Assembly: GCA_965202585.1 (NCBI GenBank)
Contig: OZ241827.1
Coordinates: forward strand, 12,028,001-12,092,000
DNA: 64,000 nucleotides
Source: Thalia democratica
Lineage: Eukaryota
Direction of reading: 5' to 3'
The notes below the pieces were generated by a model. It did no database searches. It was not told where the DNA came from and was given only the letters and a program-made list of their open reading frames with translations. Position numbers and translations under genes: made by a program. This document shows positions 53,195 through 63,267 of the stretch, one piece after another. Each line of letters starts with the position of its first letter. The first letter of the stretch is position 1.

Positions 53195-53305
53195 AATTGA
53201 TTTAGCGGTGGTGCAGCTTTATCTTTCGCGGGCTTGATTTAACTAAAATTTTTAAAAAGCTACTCGGTTGGTCATTTACAATTCTGCGGGCCTCCCACTC
53301 TATTT
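53195..53305. mobile_element. Probable hAT MITE end fragment in the double-homeobox promoter (mirrored at ~42870-42970)
   Basis: TAGCGGTGGTGCAGC terminus-like sequence with GCGGGC motifs; no TSD identified. Confidence 0.35.
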
Positions 53306-53629
53306 TACCTAGTTACTTAATTCCACAGATTAAATCAAAAACCAATATTCCTTTTACCAAAACAAGTTTTACATCAAATAATTAAAAAAATATTTACTAA
53401 AAAAACTGATAAGTACCATTAAATACAGAGTCAATAGTTATTACAGCTTATTGATAAATACAAAAATTGATAACAATATTTAATTATAGTAATCATTATT
53501 TATAAAAACGTTTTTCCAGCTTAGACTGTTTTTAGATATAATTTCAAGAAATAATTAGATTAGCAAATCACTATTCTTAGATAAAAGCAACAAACTAAAA
53601 AAATTCGCAAAAAAAAAACTGAAAAACCT

Positions 53630-54021
53630 AGATTTGGTTCTTAGAAGAAAAAAAAATTAAGTGTTTTTAAGTTGAGTGTTCTGAAAAGAACAAAAATAAA
53701 ATACTAATTATTTTTGTTTACTGTTATATAAATTTGATATATTCAAATTTGTAAGATATGTTTATGTTTATTATAAGTTATCTAGGAGTTGCTACCTAAG
53801 TGCATTTCTCCTTTCAGATTATACAAATGTTAAGCTAACAAATTCTTAGGAGGCACTCCTAACATAATCTTTTTATCAATTATCTTCCTATAAAAAATAT
53901 TATTTCCTTTTTTATAAATTTTTTTAGAATATTTTTGTTTCATTTGAATTTTTTTAATCGAAATGTCTTGTCTAAATTTAAATAAAAAACTAAAATTAAG
54001 CAAATGTTAAAAATTAAAAGT
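53630..54021. promoter_or_regulatory. Shared upstream module, ~0.7-1.1 kb 5' of the double-homeobox gene
   Basis: High similarity to 7540-7931 and 6690-6800 (upstream of BET-like copy A), same orientation. Regulatory function is inferred. Confidence 0.65.
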
Positions 54022-54520
54022 TGTAATGATATTAACATCTCATTTTCGTATTTTAAAGTGGAGGTTGTTAACTGTTTTACGCAGACTTTGTGACGTGCTT
54101 CCAGTATTAAAAAAACAAACATATTTTTATAAAAAAACAAACATTTTTTTATATAAGGAGTAAAACTTCCTTTGAATTAATATAAAATCAGCGCGTTTTC
54201 TTAAAAGAGTGAGTTCTAAAAACCATCGGTCACTAAACATTGTTAAACTGAGGGAAGTAACGTCGTAGAGAATCTATTCACTCAAGATATTCAATAGTTG
54301 CTATCGACGCATAAGGGACTAAGAGTTCGGAAATTCACTACGATTGTTGGGTGATAGTTAGTATACATTCGAAGAAACTGTTAGTCTTGTAATTATTGTA
54401 TTATTTTTTAATCGTGTTGTAGTTTTTGCATGCACTTATTTCTCTTATAATTTTGTAAATAAATTTCACAACTAAAAAAGAAATATATTTTAGCTTAAAC
54501 CTACTTTATTAAAATCGTAT

Positions 54521-55873
54521 ATGTCGAAACATCATAATAAGAATAAGGATAATTATAAACCGTTATCTTTACAACAAATCACCACGCGCTCCAATAAAAA
54601 GAAAATGAACACCAGGGCAGATACAGCAGCTCACAGTGGAGACCACACAGCGTCCAATAATAACCCGGAATCTTCGAAACATACGGTTACAAAAAAAATA
54701 ACAGAAGAAAATCGCGCAAAGTCTACCTTTAATCCAAATGCTCCCGATTTAGATAACGTTATACGCGAGGGGGAAAATTCTTTTCCGTCAATTAACCCCC
54801 AAGAAAGTCAGGGAAATATTAATTTAGCTTCTCAAAACCGCGGCCTAGACGATCTTACGCATGCACGAGAAATGTACAACCAAAAGCTAGCAGCGGTCCA
54901 AAAATTAGAAGAGCAGGAAGAACTAGTTAAATTGCGAAACGAAATTAGTAAGTTAGATATTAGATTAGGCTATAATAAGGTAGAACAAATACCAGAGCCT
55001 TACGAGCGCGAAATTCCACTAAAACGCGACCCTTTTTTTGAAAATTACGAAAATCAAAGTTATATAAATAATAATTTTAACGATACATTCAGAGCACAAA
55101 GATTAAGTAAAAAGTTTAAGAGATTAGACGTTGTAAAAAATCCTCGAGATACTATTAACTACTTTGAAGAAGAACTACATGGTGAAGGTATTGTAAACGA
55201 TTTAGAAAAATACAATTATTTAATAGGGTTTTGGCCAAGAGTCGACATTTCTGATTACTATAAGATGTCTGAAAGAAATAAAAGAAATTATAGTTCACTA
55301 AAAAACTTTTGTTCAAACCGCGACAACGAATTAACTGAAATTTTAGATAAAATTCCTATCTGGGAAACTAAAACAACTTTTAATCAAATCTTTTCCACCG
55401 CCACGAAATGGGCGAAGTGCCCGGAAGAAGACAGAATAAAGTTTTTTCTAGCGTATTTAATGCCATCCTCAATAAAAAGTAAAATTAAAGAGTATTACGA
55501 TGCGGAACTGGACGTCTTTAGACGTAAAAGTCAAGCTATATGGAACGCTCATAAGGAAAGCGCATTACAGTCAAATCAAGTGAATTACAATAGATATCAC
55601 AGACCTGATCATTATACCAAAAAAAATAATTATCAAAGAAGGATGCGTTCTAACCCTCAACAAGAGTCTTATCCTAGAAATAATAATACAAACAACAACC
55701 TTGGTCATCAACAACAAAATAGAAACAACTACAACTCGAACCAATCTTTTCAAAGATACCGAGATAATGAAAGAAGAGAATACAATTATTCAAATTCATA
55801 TTCACGTCCTTATGCTCATACAAACAATCAAAATCGACAACAGGGAAACGATTCCCCGTCGTCCCGACAATAA
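54521..55873 (+). CDS. gag: Gag polyprotein (450 aa, N/Q/R-rich C-terminus, no CCHC knuckle)
   Basis: Long ORF directly upstream of pol; coiled-coil-like and basic segments. Confidence 0.8.
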   Translation: MSKHHNKNKDNYKPLSLQQITTRSNKKKMNTRADTAAHSGDHTASNNNPESSKHTVTKKITEENRAKSTFNPNAPDLDNVIREGENSFPSINPQESQGNINLASQNRGLDDLTHAREMYNQKLAAVQKLEEQEELVKLRNEISKLDIRLGYNKVEQIPEPYEREIPLKRDPFFENYENQSYINNNFNDTFRAQRLSKKFKRLDVVKNPRDTINYFEEELHGEGIVNDLEKYNYLIGFWPRVDISDYYKMSERNKRNYSSLKNFCSNRDNELTEILDKIPIWETKTTFNQIFSTATKWAKCPEEDRIKFFLAYLMPSSIKSKIKEYYDAELDVFRRKSQAIWNAHKESALQSNQVNYNRYHRPDHYTKKNNYQRRMRSNPQQESYPRNNNTNNNLGHQQQNRNNYNSNQSFQRYRDNERREYNYSNSYSRPYAHTNNQNRQQGNDSPSSRQ

Positions 55874-55909
55874 GAGGAAGAGACGATGGGTGCAGAAATA
55901 AGCCTCTTA
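55843..55909 (+). other. -1 programmed ribosomal frameshift signal (G GGA AAC plus H-type pseudoknot)
   Basis: Heptamer 55843-55849 in the gag frame. Stem 1 CCCGTCGTC (55855-63) / GACGATGGG (55882-90); stem 2 TAAGAGG (55871-77) / CCTCTTA (55903-09). The pol frame is -1 and open from 55771. Confidence 0.82.
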
Positions 55910-55995
55910 ATAGATATCTTAGTAACGTTGTTAAAAGAGTTAATATATCCCATCGTACAAACCATAACCAACTTACAAATAATAAAACCAACGAT

Positions 55996-58900
55996 ATGCG
56001 AAATCCTAAATTAAATTATTTTAAAAATTCCAATAACAAACCTGAATTAACTCTAAATAGTCCAAAAAATTCTCTCTCAAATACTAAACTAATAGCTAAC
56101 AATAACCTTAATACTAATAGTTCAAAATGTAATAATATCTGGAACTTCAAAATTAAAAAGGCTTCACCTGTTAATTTTTATAAACTACCACAAAACTTAC
56201 TATTCACCATAGATAATAATTCTAATGTTTTATTTTTGGTAAATACCGGATGTGAGATTTCCATCCTTCCCAAAAATCTTACAAATGGCATTAATCACTA
56301 TTTTAAACCACAAAGTAAAACAATTAAAGGAATAGGTAACACTCCTATACATCCTATAGGGAGTGTTGATGTTATATTAGAGTTTGGTAATTTAAAAGCT
56401 GTTAAACATAATTTTTGGGTCACACAAGAATATAGGGATTATGGAATAATTGGGTTAGATTTCTTAAAAACTCATAAACTCTCTATTTCTTTAGAAGAAC
56501 TGAGGTTGTATCAATACAAAACCAAACGTGTAGTCAAATTATATACAGCTGACGAATTGCCTAAATCGGTAGTAGTTTCTTCGCACAATCTAGAAATAGT
56601 TAATAGTGAAATTACTTCAGACTTTCAAAATAAATGTAGGGATCTACTTAATGAATTTCCAGAGCTTACAGAAACACCTGATTATACTCGACCGGTAAAA
56701 CACGGGCATTCTTTAGAAATCATAGTTGAAAATTTTAATCCTAAATTAGTTAAAGCGCGTAGATGTAATGGTATAAGACGCAAAATGGTTGAACAAACGT
56801 TCGATGATCTTATAAATAGGGGAGCAATGTCACGTGGTACGTCAGACATGTGTGCTTCACCCATTACTATTGTTCCAAAAAAAGACAATAGTATTAGGGT
56901 ATGTATAGATTATACAGTTCTTAATGCACACACACGCCCAATGTCTTACCCCTTGCCTAGGATTGATGAACTTGCAGAAATTATACCTGAAGGAACACAG
57001 TATTTTTCTTGTCTAGACCTTAAAGAAGCTTACTACTCATTACCTATAAAACCCAGCTCTCAAAAATATGCCGCAATCATTGCTCACCACGGGGTATTCA
57101 TACCCCAACGCACGTCATTCGGGCTGAAAAATGCCCCTATGGCGTTTCAGTCCATGATGCAAAGCATATTAGCGGGTTGTTATGAATTTACGTTTGTTTA
57201 TCTAGATGATATTCTAATTTTTAGTAAATCCAAAATGGACCATTTAAATCACCTCAGAAAAATTTTTCAAACTTTACACAAAAATGGGTTATACCTTAAT
57301 ATGAAGAAATGCGTTTTTGCTCAACATAGACTTGACTTCCTCGGTCACTCGGTAGGGATTGACGGGGTTGATGTTTTACAAACCAAAATAAAAGCAATTA
57401 GGGAACTTCCCAAACCTACGAACCGCAAAGAGCTAAAACGATTTCTTGGGTTATGTAACTATTATCATAGGCACATCCCAAAGCTAGCCGAAACAACTGC
57501 TCCACTTAACGAAATATCAGGGGGCCCTAAATCTACAAATAGGAGACCTTTACATCTAAACGAAACTCAAATTAAATCCTACAACGACACGTTGGCTACC
57601 TTATCAAAAGCAGCGACTCTCGCTTTTGAAGACCATGAAAAACCATTAATTGTTTATTCAGATGCATCCGACAGTCATGTCGGAGCAGTGCTGGAACAAG
57701 AGGGTAAGAATGGTGAAAAACGTCCCCTCGCATTTTTTTCTAAAAAACTGCCAGCCTTGAAAGCTGTCAAATCGACATTTTTTAAAGAATTGCGTGCATT
57801 ATACTTAAGTTTAAAACATTTTCAAAGTCGTATTATAGGACGACAACTGTTTGTTAAGACTGACAGTCTGTCCGTGGCAAAAGCTATTAATAATCCTATT
57901 GGGAACCAATCTCCAATAGAACAGCGCTACATTGCCGCAATAAAAGAATTTAATCCAACAGTTATGCATATTACAGGAGATGAAAATAAAGTAGCCGATA
58001 CATTAAGTCGACCACCTTTAGTAACAGCTATGTACGTTAAAACGTCACATGATGATTCGGATTACATTTATACATCTGAAGAAGATACCGAAGATAGTTT
58101 GTCTGACTATCAGTCATCTGAAAGCGAAGAAGAAGTTATTACTTCAGAATCTTTAAACAAGGAAGAAATAGCTAAGCTACAAAGTAAAGAGCCTGATTTG
58201 ATAAAAACAGCATATGAGCATAAAAAAACAGTCAAATATTTAAAACCAGAAAATCTGGCAGTAATAGTTGAAAATGAACAGCAAAGAATCATCCTACCTT
58301 TTGCTTTAAGATTATCTGCTTACGAAATAGCACATGGTTATTTACATCTAGGGAAAGAGAAATCAGTGTTAGCAACTGCAAAAGACTATTGGTGGCCAAC
58401 TTTACGAAAAGATGTAGAGTACTGGGTTCAGTCATGCTATACCTGTCAAGCCACGAGAACAACTAGGCATAACCGCCCAAAAATTGGGCTATACCCCGCC
58501 AATATCGAGCGTTTTCAATTCGTACACCTAGACCTCGTAGGTCCGATTGAAAAGAAATCGGAAAATTATAACTATATTCTTACAATGAGAGACAGATCAA
58601 CTGGCTTTCTAGCCACTGTTCCGATTGTGGATAAGAAAGCAGAAACAGTCAGAGAAGCTTTTATACAAAACTGGTGTGGTCACTATGGCATTCCACAAGT
58701 CATAATGACTGATAATGGACGTGAATTTTCAAACTCGATTCTAACTCGCACTTTCGAGGAACTTGGTATTGATCATAGATTTTCACCTCCTTACAGTCCT
58801 CAAACTAATGGATTCATCGAGAGGGTACATAATCCAATAAATGTAGCACTTCGAGCACTTCCTGACAAAACAAACTGGCCCCTACATTTGCCATTGATTA

Positions 58901-59412
58901 CTATAAGCATAAACAACTCTTTCATGGAAGGTTCACCTTTTACACCATCACAATATGCGTTGGGAACGTGTGTGAATGTCAGTGGTCGTGTGATGTTAAA
59001 CGAAGTAAGCGATATCGCATCGGAAAATGATGTTTTTGAATCTAGAATTTTTCTACATACAATGTCAAAAGTTAAGAAAGTACAAAAAAATTACAAACAG
59101 AAATCCGTTTATTATGAACCGGGACTGTTTAACAGCGAACAGGTTTGGTTAAAACGGAAAAGTAGAAAAAAGCTCAGTTCTTTATACCAAGGGCCTTACC
59201 CCGTGCATTCATTTAGCGAACACTCGGCGATTATTGATAAAAATTCAAAACTTTTGAAAGTAAGCATAAGAAACATTAAAGCTTATATTCCCAGGGAAAA
59301 CCTTAACGAAAAAGGTGAAATAGTAGGGAAAAGCATGGCATATAACTTAAGGGAACGCAAAAACAAAATTAATTATGCAGAAAGTTCGTCCGATGACGAA
59401 ACTAATGTCTAG
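55996..59412 (+). CDS. pol: Pol polyprotein (protease, RT, RNase H, integrase); probably translated as Gag-Pol from ~55849
   Basis: PR FLVNTGCEIS; RT RVCIDY...LDLKEAYY...YLDD; RH SDASD...TDS...ADTLSR; IN H-x3-H...CxxC, LDLVGP, TDNGREF, NGFIERVH. Confidence 0.97.
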   Translation: MRNPKLNYFKNSNNKPELTLNSPKNSLSNTKLIANNNLNTNSSKCNNIWNFKIKKASPVNFYKLPQNLLFTIDNNSNVLFLVNTGCEISILPKNLTNGINHYFKPQSKTIKGIGNTPIHPIGSVDVILEFGNLKAVKHNFWVTQEYRDYGIIGLDFLKTHKLSISLEELRLYQYKTKRVVKLYTADELPKSVVVSSHNLEIVNSEITSDFQNKCRDLLNEFPELTETPDYTRPVKHGHSLEIIVENFNPKLVKARRCNGIRRKMVEQTFDDLINRGAMSRGTSDMCASPITIVPKKDNSIRVCIDYTVLNAHTRPMSYPLPRIDELAEIIPEGTQYFSCLDLKEAYYSLPIKPSSQKYAAIIAHHGVFIPQRTSFGLKNAPMAFQSMMQSILAGCYEFTFVYLDDILIFSKSKMDHLNHLRKIFQTLHKNGLYLNMKKCVFAQHRLDFLGHSVGIDGVDVLQTKIKAIRELPKPTNRKELKRFLGLCNYYHRHIPKLAETTAPLNEISGGPKSTNRRPLHLNETQIKSYNDTLATLSKAATLAFEDHEKPLIVYSDASDSHVGAVLEQEGKNGEKRPLAFFSKKLPALKAVKSTFFKELRALYLSLKHFQSRIIGRQLFVKTDSLSVAKAINNPIGNQSPIEQRYIAAIKEFNPTVMHITGDENKVADTLSRPPLVTAMYVKTSHDDSDYIYTSEEDTEDSLSDYQSSESEEEVITSESLNKEEIAKLQSKEPDLIKTAYEHKKTVKYLKPENLAVIVENEQQRIILPFALRLSAYEIAHGYLHLGKEKSVLATAKDYWWPTLRKDVEYWVQSCYTCQATRTTRHNRPKIGLYPANIERFQFVHLDLVGPIEKKSENYNYILTMRDRSTGFLATVPIVDKKAETVREAFIQNWCGHYGIPQVIMTDNGREFSNSILTRTFEELGIDHRFSPPYSPQTNGFIERVHNPINVALRALPDKTNWPLHLPLITISINNSFMEGSPFTPSQYALGTCVNVSGRVMLNEVSDIASENDVFESRIFLHTMSKVKKVQKNYKQKSVYYEPGLFNSEQVWLKRKSRKKLSSLYQGPYPVHSFSEHSAIIDKNSKLLKVSIRNIKAYIPRENLNEKGEIVGKSMAYNLRERKNKINYAESSSDDETNV

Positions 59413-60261
59413 GCTAAAATTGCAAATAAAAGTAATTTTAATTATAAACTTTAATTTTTTGGGAAACACAAATTTTAAACTTTAACAGAATTACTTATCA
59501 GTGAACACGGGTTCAATAACTTTTTTGGTTGTGAAATACTTTTTTCTTTCTAAATTTTTCTATAAATACTGTTGTTATGTAGCAACTTATGAATACATTT
59601 ATTGAAATATTTTAAATAATGACGCTTATTGAAACAAAGTTAATGTCTTAAACAGAGTTTTGTTGTGACAGGTTTCAATTAAGTTTCATTTTTTATTATT
59701 ATTTAAATTTTTCCCTTATAATAATACAGTTATCAAACTCTATTCACGTATTCAAATTCAAGTTCAAGTTTATACTTGACGTTTTATTACGGATAAAAAT
59801 AAAGCACTTATTACTCCCTTAAGTAATTGCTTTCGCCACGTGCACATGACAACAGCTTATTTTTCTCTTTTTCTATTACACTTTGATAAGTTTTTTTTTG
59901 AGTGCATGTTAAATTTTAGTCAAAATTTATTTTACGACACATTATAAATAAATGGTTTTTTACAATTCTTTAGTTATAAACTTCTTTTATGAAGTTCACA
60001 TGTGTTGTAAAACAATAACGACTTTTAAAACTTAAACTGCTATTCAATTTACGTTTTTTTTATTAAATGAAACAGCGGAAACACCTGCAGTAATAAGAAT
60101 TAACTAACTTTAAAATTTAATGTTTAGTCTAGTTTAAAGCAAACTCCTTTTGTCATAAGACAAAATAAATATTAATGAGTTTATGGCAATTTTTTTTTCT
60201 TTTTGTTTTACCGTTTCGGTATATAATTAGAATCGTTTAGAAGCAACGCATTCACCTAAAA

Positions 60262-60500
60262 ATGCTGACAGTATTAACTGCTCTATTCGCTTTAAATTTC
60301 GTTGAAGCGGACGAAGTTATCCGCAAACATGTTTTGCCATTGTGCGAAAACGTTCCAGTGAAATCGTATATGCTGAGAGACCCAGGCCCGTGCAAATCAG
60401 AAAACTCAACAAGGACTATATTCCCAATTGATGTGTATAAGCCAATGGACAACACGATAGATATCAAAGCTACAGCATGTCGAATTAAGATTGAAGTTCA
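60262..60500 (+). CDS. env: Env-like glycoprotein N-terminus, truncated by a rearrangement
   Basis: Signal-peptide-like MLTVLTALFALNFVEA, spaced cysteines, N-glycosylation sequon NST, position 3' of pol. Codons after about 60500 come from the duplicated intron. Confidence 0.65.
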
Positions 60501-60887
60501 TACAGTATTTAATACAGTGAAGTTATTCTTTGCATTGTTACAACATTAGAGCTTAGTTTTTAAAGTATTGTACTATAAAAGAAAAGTGTTTATTGTCAAC
60601 TTTAAAAATTTTATTCTAATATCATATTAAACAATTTAAGAAACAATTGTTCTATATACTTGATAAAATTTAGGCTCCTTAAATAATAATAATTTAATTT
60701 TTGTTATTTTAGCATCATTAAAAAAAAACCTTGATAAAATCAGATCTCGAAATTTATTATTTTCACTTTTAAAACTCACTTTTTTTATTTCTATAAAACT
60801 TCATATAATTGTAATAAACAACCATATAAAATATTACGTATAACAAAACATATTTATGCATTTTAAATCCGTAAAATTTCTAAACAG

Positions 60888-61886
60888 GTGTGCGATAAAC
60901 ATGTGAAAGATATCAAAGAAGTAAAAGCGAGCAAAATCAATGCAACAAATTTTAAACGTATGTTTCAATTATTCAAATAACTTAACATAGTCAATTCCAT
61001 TTTTAACAAAGTAGATAGCACACCTTAATCCAAAAATGAATGATAAATTAATAATTTTATTATAAGTACATTACGTCTATAAAAAATAAATAAACTCAGC
61101 AAAAACGTAACCTTAAATATATTTTAGAACAAACGACCTCCATCTTTGATCAGGTCTTAGAAAGTCAAAAGAAAACCTTCGGAGATTGTACCAAGGGACA
61201 AAACACTAACAAAAGTGAAGAGCAAATCGTCAAGCAGAGCTTGGAGGGAAACGTTGCCAATGTACAATCTAATGATCACCTTTCAAAGTGAGTTAAAGAT
61301 AAAACAAAGATTTGTTGTAGAACTTTATATAATTTTAAAATTGTTTTGAGCCTTTTTTTATCAGACTAATTTAGTAAACTAGTATTAATCAGTAAACTTT
61401 ATTGGAAAAAAATTGTTAGATTTTATTTTTAAGGCAAAAATAGTATGCTTTTTAAAAGCAAGGCTTATTATTTTATTATCTTTAACGAAATAAAGCTATT
61501 TGGGACCGTTTAAGCTGTTCCATAGCAACTTAGCTCATTTTAAATTAAGTTAAGTAAAGATTAATGATAATCTTTGAAAGTTACTGATCATTCATCATCC
61601 TAATTTTCCTTATACTCTTTAGTAAAGTTAGTTTTATAACTCGACCTTTTAGACCTTTTTCTTATTATTTATCATTTCCAAATAAACTAATTAAAACTGT
61701 TAGTTAATTTTTTATATTTATACTTTTCATAGTGCAACACCACCAAGAATACCAGCAGAAAAGCAACGGTTGAAAGAAGAAGCCCATCGTAGAAGACTTG
61801 CGCAACCAACATTCGATTTGCTGGAGCAAGCTAGATTAATGACTGATTTTGAAACGGAAAATTCATGTTTTTTTTTTAGTCTTTAA
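60888..61886 (+). pseudogene. BET-like copy C, exons 10-12 only
   Basis: VCDKHVKDIK..., QQTTSIFDQV..., ...EEAHRRRLAQPTFDLLEQARLMTDFETENSCFFFSL*; no 5' exons. Confidence 0.85.
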
Positions 61887-62912
61887 TTTTCTTTTAGAGT
61901 TTGTTTACAATTTCGTCTGCAAATAAATAGTACAACATTAGCATGACTTCTTATTTATTTCGTTTTCTTAATTTAAGGATAAAAACTTAACGTCAAAACT
62001 TTAACTATATACTTCTTCCAAAAGTTTGAATAACAAATTCTTTTTATAATTTTTTAAGTAATGATTTTTAAACTGAAAAAAAATATGGGCTTTTAAAATC
62101 GTATTTCAAAAAAACTAACTTATTTTTACTGATAAGCTTTAACTACAAAAAAAAGTTTAGGACATTAGAAAAGTTTGCGGTTTTCGTTTATCTTACTTTG
62201 ATATTTTATTGAATGCTAAAAATAATAACTCGAAAACTAATTCTTTTAAATTAAAAAAAAAATAGTTGTCTACCGGCTCAAAAATCTTAGGATCTTGCCC
62301 GATTAGGATCCTAAATACTTGTCAAAATTTCTTTTTGGTTTCTAGTCTAAGATATTACAGTATTGTCAGATAGAGTACTTCTCACAAGTATGCTACTCAA
62401 AGCAACCCGTAAAGATCACTGCCCTGGTTAGAAAGTCAAGTTGTTTTAGTTATCTATCGATTCCGTTTCAAAAGGATGCGGCTGAATCTAAAATCGTTTT
62501 TAAAAAAAGGAACTAAAAAGGTCTGGCCCGACCCTCCGACATGTAAACTAGTCAATTTTTAATATATTGCATTATAATTGAAGTTTTAGAAGATGAAAAC
62601 AATTTTCTCATTATAAAGTTAAATGTAAAAAATAGTTAAAAAGACAGATTCGGTTCGCAAGCAAAGCAACTTTTTTATTATAAAATTCAAAAATACCGAG
62701 AATTAAAAAAAAAAACTGATAGTTTGTTTTTTTATTAACAGATTATAGTTTTACCTGAGTAAAGTGTGAATAAATATAATTAAAATTCCTAAAAAAGTAA
62801 AATGTAGTAACATTTTTAGGTCGTTTAGTTTATGCTACTAGATACTAACCTGTATGATATGTTTTTAACTAGGAAATTAAAATACCATGTAAAAAGATAA
62901 AACTATTTAGAC

Positions 62913-63267
62913 AAGGGGTCGGTAGCCTTATGTAACTCACAGGCCAACTTTCCTAGGAACAATTGCTTGCGGGCCACACTATTTAGAAAAAAAACCTTTG
63001 AGGGCCGCATTAATAAAAAAAATTCTAGCATTAACAAGCAAAATAATATTAAGATCAAAACTATGGTATATTAAGCAATATAAGAGCACTAGCACTAATA
63101 AAGAGTAGTAATTTATCTAAGAGTCTAACTGTAAATTTTTATTACAAGTCTCAAACTGTTTATTTGTTTATGAAATGTATATTTCTGACTGAAAAAGAGT
63201 TCGCAGGCCGCAGATTTTAACTTTAAGGGCTGCATTTAGCCCGCGGGCCGAAGTTTGCCTACCCCTA
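62913..63267. mobile_element. hAT-type MITE (duplicate of 30716-31070)
   Basis: Same termini and TSD. Confidence 0.75.

Larger units (their letters stand above)
54022..60500 (+). mobile_element. Ty3/Gypsy LTR retrotransposon with env-like ORF, 3'-truncated
   Basis: Host homology ends at 54021 and TGTAATGAT begins (LTR-like start). Domain order is gag, PR-RT-RH-IN, env-like. The end of the 5' LTR, the PBS and the 3' LTR were not identified. Confidence 0.9.

Noticed and set aside
54200-54520. End of the 5' LTR and primer-binding site
   Set aside because: No convincing CA-TGG or tRNA-complementary site was found, and there is no 3' LTR for comparison.
55571-58292. Short antisense or alternate-frame ORFs over gag and pol
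   Set aside because: Shadow ORFs of long coding sequence.
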